From the UHGV virus genome UHGV-0240508: a stretch of DNA of 62,967 nt; one strand, given 5' to 3'. Shown piece by piece: positions 34,926 through 43,702 of the stretch. The position numbers and the translations under genes are program-made. Positions within the stretch are counted from its first letter, which is position 1, and each line of letters starts with the position of its first letter. The notes beneath the pieces are model-generated. The model saw only the letters and a list, made by a program, of their open reading frames with translations, made no database searches and was not told the DNA's origin. This DNA comes from a virus.

Positions 34926-34943
34926 ATAAACAAAACCCCGCCA
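34926..34943 (-). terminator. intrinsic terminator (ccccgcc-ATGC-ggcgggg plus T-run on the minus strand) ending the lysis/small-gene unit
   Basis: 7-bp G/C stem, followed by TTTTG on the minus strand (plus 34921-34925 CAAAA). Confidence 0.5.
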
Positions 34944-35023
34944 TGCGGCGGGGTATGGCCGGGCTACTTGCCGCAGCCCTTGCGCTTCTTAAAATGCATC
35001 ATGGTGTATTCCTCCTTCTTGGG

Positions 35024-35440
35024 TCATTCATTCGTATCATCGCCAAGATATTTGCGCAAGGCTTCGAGGATGCTTGAATCCCATTTCAACTGACGAATAG
35101 GAGTCCCATCTGAGTGGCGTTTGTTCACATCCAGCATTACGGCGTAAGGCATTCCTTTCTCAGTAGGCTCCCAACCACCGTTCGGAGCCTTCGTCTGAAA
35201 GCCTATATTGACGAGAAGGTCGTTCATCTGCCGCCCCGATATACCGTCGCACTTCTCACCAAGCTGTGTGGGCGTGAGAAGCTGCCGCTTGGTTGGCGCT
35301 TCAAGTTGAACCTCGGCAAGCTCAAGCGGAGAATCGCCGGTCTTCTTTCACACGATCTTATCGAGCGCAAGCGCTTGCTGATTACCGACGATACCTGCCG
35401 CATTGAAGATGGCGACCGTCAAGGAAGAGGAGGGTTCCCA
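35024..35440 (-). pseudogene. degraded duplicate of the antirepressor C-terminal region (KilAC domain): intact 67-aa tail ORF plus upstream frames with an in-frame stop
   Basis: 35024..35227 encodes ...YAVMLDVNKRHSDGTPIRQLKWDSS... versus the antirepressor ...YAVMLDTGKLHSDGTPIRQLKWDTG... Upstream frames give IFNAAGIVGNQQALALDKIV-stop and LEAPTKRQLL, matching ILRVAGITGNQAALSLDKVY and LEAPTKRQIL of 20741..21511. Confidence 0.6.
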
Positions 35441-35518
35441 TTTGACACCGATTCACATCTGCACTATATTTTTCTTACCCACCCTATCTCCACCTTCCTA
35501 GATGGCCCCCGCCATCAA

Positions 35519-35556
35519 CAAACCCCCGACAATCCGTTTCGTGATTGTCGGGGGTT
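35519..35556. terminator. hairpin cccccgacaatc-CGTTTCGT-gattgtcggggg with flanking T-runs; terminator at the distal end of the lysis cassette
   Basis: Perfect 12-bp stem. T-rich tails on both strands. Confidence 0.5.
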
Positions 35557-35559
35557 CGC

Positions 35560-35703
35560 TTATTTCTTTTTGCCGCGGTATTGTTGATAGGCTACCGCGA
35601 GCCGCTGTTTTTGTGTGGGAAATTCCTTGGCCGCATTCGACTTCATGAAGCGCTCGACGAACGCCTGTCTTGTCTCTCCCTTCTTTGGTGTGGGCAGTGG
35701 CAT
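35560..35703 (-). CDS. 47-aa Lys-rich small protein
   Basis: Not in the ORF track (under 60 aa). ATG two codons after the stop of the previous gene. No clear RBS. Confidence 0.25.
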   Translation of the reverse strand: MPLPTPKKGETRQAFVERFMKSNAAKEFPTQKQRLAVAYQQYRGKKK

Positions 35704-35711
35704 GGCAGACT

Positions 35712-35837
35712 CTACTTCTTTTTGCCGGTTTTCTTGTCATCGCCCTTCTTCTGGAAAGGCAGCGGCCGCTGTTCATCCTTGCCCTTTTTCAGAAAATCAT
35801 TCGGGGCCTTGCCTTTCTTGGCTGCTCGCTTCGACAT
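35712..35837 (-). CDS. 41-aa Lys-rich basic peptide (MSKRAAKKGKAPNDFLKKGKDEQRPLPFQKKGDDKKTGKKK)
   Basis: AAAGGAG six nt upstream of ATG 35837. Confidence 0.45.
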   Translation of the reverse strand: MSKRAAKKGKAPNDFLKKGKDEQRPLPFQKKGDDKKTGKKK

Positions 35838-35848
35838 GATGTACTCCT

Positions 35849-36091
35849 TTAAAAGTATCGTTGGAACCATGCCACTAGCGCCGACACCATACAGGCGACA
35901 CCAGCGACCCACCCGGTCATATAGAGCGACTGTCGCTCCATTTTCGTGATACGCTCTTCGAGCTGCGCCAGCCGAGAGGCTATCACAGAATCTATCTGGG
36001 CGCTCAGCATATCAAATTTTACTTCCAGCCGCGCGACAGTCTGTGATATTTCAAGTTCGTGGGGCGATACGTTGTTTGCTGCCTCGCCCAT
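35849..36091 (-). CDS. coiled-coil protein with C-terminal transmembrane helix; lysis-associated (spanin or antiholin-like, unproven)
   Basis: ORF 35849..36283 trimmed to ATG 36091 (GGGGAGG upstream, adjacent to the holin stop). Helical core and C-terminal WVAGVACMVSALVAWF. Confidence 0.45.
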   Translation of the reverse strand: MGEAANNVSPHELEISQTVARLEVKFDMLSAQIDSVIASRLAQLEERITKMERQSLYMTGWVAGVACMVSALVAWFQRYF

Positions 36092-36092
36092 G

Positions 36093-36398
36093 TTATCCTC
36101 CCCATCCAAGCATAATGAAAAGAAGACGCGAGACTTCATCCAGCACGGGCGGCGGCAATTTGACATCGGGAAAGTAGGTAGTAATGAGCAATCGTACAGG
36201 GACTTCCCATACGAAGCACAGGGCGAGTATCCATCCGAGAAAGCTTCGCCAGAGCCGCAGGCGGGAAGCGGGGGCTCCTGCAATTTCCTGTTCGTTTATC
36301 TTGGCCTGCGCCTCGGAAAGCTTTTGCTTGTCAGGCAGAAACTTGCCGATCTTATCTAATAGCGTGCCGATGAATGGCACCGCACTCCAGAACGACAT
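36093..36398 (-). CDS. holin-like membrane protein (101 aa)
   Basis: Directly downstream of the endolysin. Hydrophobic segments FLGWILALCFVWEVPV and LLFIMLGW. Confidence 0.45.
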   Translation of the reverse strand: MSFWSAVPFIGTLLDKIGKFLPDKQKLSEAQAKINEQEIAGAPASRLRLWRSFLGWILALCFVWEVPVRLLITTYFPDVKLPPPVLDEVSRLLFIMLGWGG

Positions 36399-36407
36399 GG
36401 TGGCCTC

Positions 36408-36770
36408 CTATGACGGATAAAAGGCAGACGGACGAGGCTTCGTGATATCCACGTCGGCATGAATCCATGTGGGCGCGAGTTCAATACGTTCAAACCCGGC
36501 AGCGAAGAGCCCTTTCAAAATCTTCCAGCGGTTCTGCGAAGTATTGCAGCGGATGTCTACCGCCAACCCTTTTGTATGCGCCGACCCGGGTACGCCTCCG
36601 ACTTCCCGATTGTGTACTTCACAACGGAAACCAGACGAAATAACAAAAGGAATACCGGCCACTTCCCGTGCATGGTCGAGACGCTCCAGCAACTCCAGCG
36701 ACATGTGCTCTTCCCCGCCTCCGCAATGCCCGCATTTGCAGGCGAACTCCGATAAATTGAAATATTTCAC
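36408..36770 (-). CDS. endolysin, peptidase M15 family (L-Ala-D-Glu / D-Ala-D-Ala carboxypeptidase type); GTG start
   Basis: FACKCGHCGG...SGFRCEVHNREVGGVPGSAHTKGLAVDI is the M15 signature. AGGAGA six nt before GTG 36770. The 320-aa ORF-track call 36408..37370 has an Arg-rich spurious N-terminal extension. Confidence 0.75.
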   Translation of the reverse strand: MKYFNLSEFACKCGHCGGGEEHMSLELLERLDHAREVAGIPFVISSGFRCEVHNREVGGVPGSAHTKGLAVDIRCNTSQNRWKILKGLFAAGFERIELAPTWIHADVDITKPRPSAFYPS

Positions 36771-36772
36771 AA

Positions 36773-38467
36773 CTACTCTCCTGCGTTGACTGTGAAAAAG
36801 GACGTGCCGAGGTCCGCAAACTCGACGGGCTCTATACCTTTGAACTGCACTCGCCACCACGGATGACGCCCCGCACGGGGCAGACGGAAAGGTCGCTCGC
36901 CCACAACCATACGCCGGTACACCTCGGTACCGACAGACGACACCAACGTGAACTCCGTTTCCTTTGTGCGCACCTTGGCTGAAGTGGGCGTCCACAAATT
37001 CCCCAAAGCCGCACCGCTCTGCGGCGTTGCCGCAGCCATGCCCGGCTGATGGTGCTCGCCCGTCAATTCCCGACTCAACCATTGGTACGGCCGCAATTCG
37101 TCCCCGGAATTCCACACGTACAGCGTCTGGTCTTCCAGCATGAAAAGCGTCCCGTTGCTGCTGGTCTTGAGATCGATAGGCGTATCGGACAGCGTCGTCA
37201 ATTCGGCCCCCTTCATATCGCCGTAGGGGTCCCCATTGATGTCGAGAAGAAACGTCACAGTATCCGAGACAATGAAAAGGAACCCTTCCCAATACGCCAT
37301 GCGGACAGTCTCCGGCCTGATGAGCGCCCAATCGTCTTCGCTGAACCACTTCTTCGTCAAAATATGCCACTTTGCCGAAGAGTCAATAAGTGTCACTCCG
37401 AGCGGAGAGACGTAGACATAGCCATGCGGCGTCATCACGGCAGAGCTTGAATGCCCACAACTGATATCCGGAAGAGGCGTATCAACGTCGATAACCGGAG
37501 TGCACTTTGCATCTTCGCAACTGGAAACATCGATGACATATGGGACGGCATCAGTCGTAACGTAAAGCCGCTGGTCAAGTGCACCCATATGGATGATGGT
37601 GTGGTCGAGCGTCAGGTCATACTTCACAGGCCAGTTGTACGGCTGATGATTTTCCGAGAGGTGGACCCGGTTCTTCACTGTCCCGGCCAGTCTGTTCACT
37701 CCGCCGATAGCGACGATATTCTGCAACCCCTTCGGCGGCATACGGACTTTCTGCGTTTCGCATACAGGCCCGAGCCCAATCATCTTCACGGTATCTGTGA
37801 ATGACGTTGTGGGAAATTCAATCGTCGTGACGTACAGGAAATCAGTCAAAGGCTTTTGAGTCTTCACGTCATCCTGACGAAAACCGGTCGCCGCGCGATA
37901 CAGATTGGCTGCGATGATGCCATACCCTTCCGGCGGCAACGCAATGCCGGAAACCTGTACCGACACGCCGTCCCTGGCCACAACAATATTACTGGCTGGA
38001 GAGGGGGCGGATTCCTCTCCCCACTGATTTACGTAGGTATAATAATAAGCGCGCGCGTCCGTACGGCGATCACACTCCTCGGCTGCTGTCGCCACCGGCG
38101 GCGTCGTCGGAGCCGGGACACCAAGGAGCTGATATACCGCTTGACACTTCCGGTTTACGACAGCGACTTCCGCATCGGCGCTACGCCCGGTCACATAGAA
38201 CCTCCCCCAGTCGGGCGCGAATTCGGCAACAGACACAACCGACGGCGACGGCCAGTATACAGGACAGCAGCCGTAGATATGAAAGGCCCCCGCTGTCTTC
38301 AACGCACTGTTGGTCTGACTGTTTTCGAACACGCACTTCTCGCGCCACGCTTCCAGCCGCCCATTGCGGAGCTTCACATCATGCGCAATCTCGGCATTGA
38401 GCGCACCAAGATTATGCCGCGAATAGCGTGGAATGATACCGCAAAAATTACTGAGGGTTACACGCAT
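36773..38467 (-). CDS. structural protein (564 aa); tail or baseplate-like
   Basis: Long ORF in the virion operon. No motif recognised. Confidence 0.55.
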   Translation of the reverse strand: MRVTLSNFCGIIPRYSRHNLGALNAEIAHDVKLRNGRLEAWREKCVFENSQTNSALKTAGAFHIYGCCPVYWPSPSVVSVAEFAPDWGRFYVTGRSADAEVAVVNRKCQAVYQLLGVPAPTTPPVATAAEECDRRTDARAYYYTYVNQWGEESAPSPASNIVVARDGVSVQVSGIALPPEGYGIIAANLYRAATGFRQDDVKTQKPLTDFLYVTTIEFPTTSFTDTVKMIGLGPVCETQKVRMPPKGLQNIVAIGGVNRLAGTVKNRVHLSENHQPYNWPVKYDLTLDHTIIHMGALDQRLYVTTDAVPYVIDVSSCEDAKCTPVIDVDTPLPDISCGHSSSAVMTPHGYVYVSPLGVTLIDSSAKWHILTKKWFSEDDWALIRPETVRMAYWEGFLFIVSDTVTFLLDINGDPYGDMKGAELTTLSDTPIDLKTSSNGTLFMLEDQTLYVWNSGDELRPYQWLSRELTGEHHQPGMAAATPQSGAALGNLWTPTSAKVRTKETEFTLVSSVGTEVYRRMVVGERPFRLPRAGRHPWWRVQFKGIEPVEFADLGTSFFTVNAGE

Positions 38468-38470
38468 AAT

Positions 38471-39958
38471 CTAACCTCGCAGGGCAGTAGTCATAATTTC
38501 GACGACCCCTGTAGGCACAGTAAGTTGAGGTTCTCCCATTATCGCAGCCTGAGGAGAATGTATGCGCGGATAGATACGTAAGGTATGCTGTCCGGCACTA
38601 TAAACGTCTCTGGTCCGAACCATGACGCATGTGCCCGGAACCGCTTCTTTGCTGTCGACAATACGTGCACCATCCAAATTGGCAATCCATCGGGTGTACA
38701 TATGGAATGGGGTCGGGCTTTCTGTATCTCCTGTCGAAGTCCAGCTACCATACCCCCAAAAACGGAAGAACAAAGCCGAAGACTCCGCCATAGTGAAGTT
38801 GATGTCATAGTAATTGGCCTTACCTTGGAACTGGTCCGCTTCTGTAGGACCCAATTCTATGTTATCATACTCCTTTTCCAAAGTAGTACCATCAGAACTG
38901 AAGCCTATGAACGACGCCACGTTCGTAGCATTGTGCCCCGTCGCGCCATTATATGTCCTGCCATCCCAGTCTGTGACCGAAATGAAACGGACCAGATGGC
39001 CTTTCAAATCCGTATACCCGCCGCCACCAGATGAACATTCGTCCGCCGGAAGGTCGCGAATACTCGAGATAAGCCCATCCTGATTGACTGTATAATCTAC
39101 ACAGTCCACACGGAATGTATGGGGCGTGACGGTCCATTCCTTGCGCAAGGACGTCACACGCCCGTACTCGTCGACTGTAATGACCCAGTTGGCTACCCGA
39201 TGTTCTCCCGGCGTAATGCCTAACACAGGAGCCAGAGACACAGTCGCTGTGCCTTTCTGTGGGTCATTCTCGACATTAATGCCTTCTCCGGGAAGAACAG
39301 CCTGAAGCCCCTTGCTCCCGTCATCCGTGTACCCGACGATGTGGCCATAACGATCAATGGAAAGCCCCATTGCCGTCTGAATACCCGCAGCCGATTCCTT
39401 ATGCGAAACACGGTAGGGATTGGCTCGAGGGCCGTCACCAGTCACACTGATGCCGTCATTGCCTGCCTGCACGTACACACGCTCGCCACCGCCGCCACCA
39501 TTGCCCGTGATAATAATAGGGTCTTCCGGCGTGCCGGTACCGGACACGTCGATACCATTCTCGCCCTGTATGCTGACACACACATAAGGCCGTCCATTGG
39601 CGTCTACACGGAGAATATTGCAGCCCATCGGAGACGGATTAATCCCGCCGCCATCCCCACCTTCACAATCCGTCGGCACAGGCGCACACGGAGACGCTTG
39701 GTAAACCGGAATACCCGCCTTCTCGACTCCGACGATACAGCCGTCAGCGATAATAATCTTATCGTAGATGCCGTCTTCGGGAATATCTACAAGACGAGGA
39801 GACGTGTACTCTACGCACCCGCCAGAGTTCTGCGCAAGCGACCCGCCCCACGGAAGGCAGAAACGCCATGTCGGGCACGGTGCTTTGGTCTGTTCGGCCT
39901 CGATTACTTGGTCACATGTAGGTACATGCCGAGGAACACAATAGGCATCGTCACTCAT
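38471..39958 (-). CDS. tail-fibre-like protein (495 aa), Gly-rich
   Basis: GGGG runs and beta-rich composition. ATGA overlap upstream. Confidence 0.5.
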   Translation of the reverse strand: MSDDAYCVPRHVPTCDQVIEAEQTKAPCPTWRFCLPWGGSLAQNSGGCVEYTSPRLVDIPEDGIYDKIIIADGCIVGVEKAGIPVYQASPCAPVPTDCEGGDGGGINPSPMGCNILRVDANGRPYVCVSIQGENGIDVSGTGTPEDPIIITGNGGGGGERVYVQAGNDGISVTGDGPRANPYRVSHKESAAGIQTAMGLSIDRYGHIVGYTDDGSKGLQAVLPGEGINVENDPQKGTATVSLAPVLGITPGEHRVANWVITVDEYGRVTSLRKEWTVTPHTFRVDCVDYTVNQDGLISSIRDLPADECSSGGGGYTDLKGHLVRFISVTDWDGRTYNGATGHNATNVASFIGFSSDGTTLEKEYDNIELGPTEADQFQGKANYYDINFTMAESSALFFRFWGYGSWTSTGDTESPTPFHMYTRWIANLDGARIVDSKEAVPGTCVMVRTRDVYSAGQHTLRIYPRIHSPQAAIMGEPQLTVPTGVVEIMTTALRG

Positions 39959-40605
39959 AATCCCTTCCCGAAATTCATCTTGATTGCGCCTTGCATCTTG
40001 TGCTTGGCCACCGAGACTGCGGCATCGCGGAGCATATGCTTAAACGTCTGATAATACTCGGCACCGAGACGAAGATTCGACCACGGCCTGCCGGACATGA
40101 GCATTATGCCGGATTTCGCACCTGTTAGCAACAATTCAAAATGCCTGTCGAAAAATGATTTCGGCAATTCACATGCCGCCATGTCTGGCGCTACGGCAAG
40201 TGCGATGCGGAACTGGCTGCCGCAATGCCCCGGGTCAATGTGCAACACTTCCTCTACGTCGTCATACCACGCCACCTTCCGTCCGCACGCACGCAGGCAT
40301 CCCTGTTCCGGCGGTACATAGCTTCGTGTGACGCCACGTACGCCATGACAACAATCCTCTTCGTAGATGCCAAGGATAGCGCATATTTCTTCCCCGTCAG
40401 GAGACTCGAGCCTGTATCGCGTCACACAAGATTCGGGATGCAGTAAAGCAAAACGGCGAATCAAGGACCCCTGCCGGGCCGCCGTGTTCGCCGTCTTTCT
40501 GATATGATGGAAAAAAATATCGTCCGGTACATTAGGAAATTCAAACCGGAGCTCGTTCACGAAATCACTGAGAGGAACCTTTTTGTAGGGTTCGTAAATC
40601 AGCAT
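39955..40605 (-). CDS. hypothetical structural protein (216 aa)
   Basis: ORF 39955..40701 trimmed to ATG 40605 (GGAGGAAGAGGA upstream). Still overlaps the upstream gene by 41 nt. Confidence 0.45.
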   Translation of the reverse strand: MLIYEPYKKVPLSDFVNELRFEFPNVPDDIFFHHIRKTANTAARQGSLIRRFALLHPESCVTRYRLESPDGEEICAILGIYEEDCCHGVRGVTRSYVPPEQGCLRACGRKVAWYDDVEEVLHIDPGHCGSQFRIALAVAPDMAACELPKSFFDRHFELLLTGAKSGIMLMSGRPWSNLRLGAEYYQTFKHMLRDAAVSVAKHKMQGAIKMNFGKGL

Positions 40606-41263
40606 TTTGCTTATCCTCTTCCTCCCGGTCCGCAAGGGCGAGCTTGAGCAACTGGAAGTACGTTTCTTGATGCTGCTTGCCGACGGACACGATGGCCGCA
40701 TTGTTCTCGGAATCCACCATCATGGCGCGGTAAAGCATCCATTGCTTCAACATGGGAACAATCTCGTCCGGCACACTGGAATGCTTGTCATTGCCTGTTG
40801 GCTGCCGGTAACATTCTATAACCACATGCCGCTTCTCGCCATACGGCACCGGAGGGATAAGCCGGAAACGCGAATGATCCTCCGCATTGATGGAATATCC
40901 ATGCGGCAGATAATCCTTGCCCCGCTGCACAGGGCAGGGGGCTTCGGGAGCCCCCACCCATATGAATTCATCCGTGTCCAGATATCTCCGCAAACGCCGC
41001 GTGATGCGGCCTTGCGATGTGGATAGTCCAACAACACGAAGCACCTTGGTGCAAGTACACGCCTTCTGCCAATACTCACCCGATTCCACTTCGATGACGA
41101 CACTCGATGTGAACAGGTCCTTCAACCGGTAAGAAACATCGATAAGCCCCTCGCGCAGATACGAATGCAACTGCACGAAAGGCCATCGAACATACTCATG
41201 GCCCGGTTCTTGATCGTTCAGATCAAGAGAGACTTCACGGATGATATCGGCAATGACGGCCAT
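40565..41263 (-). CDS. hypothetical structural protein (232 aa)
   Basis: ORF in the operon. Confidence 0.5.
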   Translation of the reverse strand: MAVIADIIREVSLDLNDQEPGHEYVRWPFVQLHSYLREGLIDVSYRLKDLFTSSVVIEVESGEYWQKACTCTKVLRVVGLSTSQGRITRRLRRYLDTDEFIWVGAPEAPCPVQRGKDYLPHGYSINAEDHSRFRLIPPVPYGEKRHVVIECYRQPTGNDKHSSVPDEIVPMLKQWMLYRAMMVDSENNAAIVSVGKQHQETYFQLLKLALADREEEDKQNADLRTLQKGSSQ

Positions 41264-41266
41264 GAC

Positions 41267-41725
41267 CTACTCCAAAGCGGCAGCTAAAGCGTCGAGCGAG
41301 TTCTTGAGCTTGGCAATCTCGGCAAGAGGGACAGCCCCATCCTGATATTCCACAGGTTGAGGTTTGACCTCTTCATCCATAATGCCGCTGTTGAACCCGC
41401 CCGACATCTTGTCGGCGTCGGCAAAAAGTTGTGCTTGCGCCTTCAGGACGAGAAGCCGCTGCTCTTCGTCCGAAAGTTCCCCGGGTTCGACATCAGGCAT
41501 CCATGCAGAAGGGTCAGTATTGCCGTTCACGTCACAGCACTCCACAAGCGTGGGCTGTTCCGCCAGCAGCTGGTCCCAAGGCAGGATACGACCGGATGCC
41601 TTAATCTTCACATACTTCGACCGAGGCAACGGCGGCAGGATATTCTCGGCCCCGAGAGACCGAAGATACTGATTCCGATGTTCCGCATCGTCGAAATCGA
41701 AAACACGTTCCGGGGAATTGCTCAT
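41267..41725 (-). CDS. hypothetical protein (152 aa)
   Basis: ORF in the operon. Confidence 0.5.
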   Translation of the reverse strand: MSNSPERVFDFDDAEHRNQYLRSLGAENILPPLPRSKYVKIKASGRILPWDQLLAEQPTLVECCDVNGNTDPSAWMPDVEPGELSDEEQRLLVLKAQAQLFADADKMSGGFNSGIMDEEVKPQPVEYQDGAVPLAEIAKLKNSLDALAAALE

Positions 41726-41746
41726 ACCAACGCTCCTTTGGTTTGC

Positions 41747-41968
41747 TTACTTCTTCTTGGGGGCCTTCGTCAGCACCCCTTCAATGTTGGATGTGGGGCC
41801 GCCGGAAGGATTAACCTTCATCCGCATAATCGCGCCGCGCAGCGCGTTGGACCCGTTGCTCGCCGGTGTGGTGGGTCCGGAAGGGAAAGACAGCTTTTCC
41901 TTGATGGGGAACTTCTGACTCGGAGGCCCGGCATTCTTGGATACGGGACCCGTGATAGTCGTTGCCAT
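41747..41968 (-). CDS. small hypothetical protein (73 aa)
   Basis: ORF between the capsid-proximal genes. Confidence 0.4.
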   Translation of the reverse strand: MATTITGPVSKNAGPPSQKFPIKEKLSFPSGPTTPASNGSNALRGAIMRMKVNPSGGPTSNIEGVLTKAPKKK

Positions 41969-41980
41969 AATACGCCTCCT

Positions 41981-42721
41981 TTAGCCGATCTGCGAAGAGC
42001 CGTCAAACGCCACAAGCTTGGCGGACATGTAGACTTCGATGTTCGACTTCCAGATGTTCTTGATGGCTTCGGTCGACCCGGCGGTAATCTTGTACGCAAG
42101 GAATACGGTACCGAAAGCCGAGTCGTAGGGACCCGTGGGCTGCTCGGTATTCGCATCGCGCTTGGCAATGTTGTGGCCGAAAGTGGGCGGAAGCTTGGTG
42201 AAGTCGGAGTTCAGCTTGGCCATGCCGTAGATGACATCACCTTCTTTCGGGGTGCCAAGCGGGAACTGCGTAATGCCTGCGGCCTGAAGCTCGGCGGCGT
42301 GCTCGGCAATCGCGGTATACTTCATCTTGTTCTCGGTGAAATCCCACGCACCGCGCACGGCCACAGGCGCGATGTACACACCGTCCAGCAGAGAGTCGGT
42401 CTTGGTCACTTCGAAATAGATGGAGTCCACATAGGAACGGGTCGGAACCCAGTTCGTAAGCAGCAGATCCCCGACGCCCTTCACTTCCTTCAGCATGTCC
42501 TGCATGAATTTGTGGGCATCGGTATCGAAAAGGTTCGGCACGAGGGGGTAATGCAGGTTCAGCCAGCCCTGCCCGAAAGCGCCGCACGCATGGGAATTGA
42601 ACGGAGGCGTGGCATCCATGCGAGGGCCGTCGACAGGCTCCATATAGCGAGCGTAATCGCCCTCGCAATGATACGCTTTAAAATCGGGAGTGCCGCCCCG
42701 GAACATGAAAATTTCAGCCAT
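41981..42721 (-). CDS. virion protein (246 aa) next to the major capsid gene
   Basis: ORF with compact spacing. Confidence 0.5.
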   Translation of the reverse strand: MAEIFMFRGGTPDFKAYHCEGDYARYMEPVDGPRMDATPPFNSHACGAFGQGWLNLHYPLVPNLFDTDAHKFMQDMLKEVKGVGDLLLTNWVPTRSYVDSIYFEVTKTDSLLDGVYIAPVAVRGAWDFTENKMKYTAIAEHAAELQAAGITQFPLGTPKEGDVIYGMAKLNSDFTKLPPTFGHNIAKRDANTEQPTGPYDSAFGTVFLAYKITAGSTEAIKNIWKSNIEVYMSAKLVAFDGSSQIG

Positions 42722-42733
42722 TGTGGTTTCTCC

Positions 42734-43690
42734 TTAGTTGGTCAGGGAGTCGAAGGTCCAGTATGCCATCGCGATGGCGTCATCGTAGATGACTTCCGCG
42801 CCCCAGACGAGGAGGTACTGGTACCGCACGCCGAAGGTGTTGGGGTCAGTCGTAACGAGACGGGATTCGATGATGTTGGAAGCGTAGGCCGTGGCCTTCT
42901 TGCTGCCCGCAAGAATGTAGAAGCTCAGAGCGCCGGAAGCGTCCATACGTACCGGTACATGGATGGACTCGATAGGCGTAAAGCCGAAGAGGTCATGGTC
43001 CCACATACCGGAAATGATACTGCCGCATTTGCACGACCAGTCGGCATTGGAATACGGGCTCATGGCGAGATAGGTGCGCAGGATGGGCGGCACGATGATG
43101 AACATCTCGCCGTCGTCCCAACGGTTCTGCTCGATAAGCGCACGCTGAAGGTTGCCGAGCTGGATGACAAGATTCTCCGGCGTCACATGCACAGGAGCCC
43201 CGGGCTGGCCGAGGTTGATGTCATGGTTCAGCCCTGCGCCGGTCAGCGAAGTCTTCGGAGATACCTGCGCAATCATGCGGCCCAGAACGAAACGGCGCAA
43301 CGTCGTCACCGTGGACTGGTACATGGATTCGAGGAGTTTTTCCTCATAGGCCGGCCAACGGTCGCACGCCTGTTTGACGTCCGTGATATCGAACTTGATG
43401 TCCTGATATGCGGCGTTACAGATGGTCAGGCAACGCGCCGTAGTGCCCACGGTATTCGGCACAAGCTGCTGGTTCTTCTGATACGAGCGCATGGGGCCGA
43501 CTTCGGGAGCGTGCATGATCTGGATTTTCTGTGCACATTCCATGACAGGAGCGATGAGCTCGGTGTTGGTGATGCGAGGCAGCCAGTCCTCTTCATAAAC
43601 CTTGGAAATGATCTTGTCGCTGTACTCGACGCGAGCAAGCGGGGACGCTTCCATCCCGTTAAAACCGCTCGCGCTCTGGAAAATTGCCAT
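42734..43690 (-). CDS. major capsid protein (putative)
   Basis: 318 aa. Position immediately after the scaffold in a TerL-portal-scaffold-capsid order. Segment GFTPIESIHVPV resembles the T7 gp10 GFEVVEVPHL region. Confidence 0.6.
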   Translation of the reverse strand: MAIFQSASGFNGMEASPLARVEYSDKIISKVYEEDWLPRITNTELIAPVMECAQKIQIMHAPEVGPMRSYQKNQQLVPNTVGTTARCLTICNAAYQDIKFDITDVKQACDRWPAYEEKLLESMYQSTVTTLRRFVLGRMIAQVSPKTSLTGAGLNHDINLGQPGAPVHVTPENLVIQLGNLQRALIEQNRWDDGEMFIIVPPILRTYLAMSPYSNADWSCKCGSIISGMWDHDLFGFTPIESIHVPVRMDASGALSFYILAGSKKATAYASNIIESRLVTTDPNTFGVRYQYLLVWGAEVIYDDAIAMAYWTFDSLTN

Positions 43691-43702
43691 GTGTTTTACT
43701 CC

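Noticed and set aside
36771-37370. N-terminal 200 aa of the 320-aa ORF 36408..37370
   Set aside because: Arg-rich and overlaps the 3' end of gene 36773..38467. The M15 domain begins at GTG 36770, which has a proper RBS.
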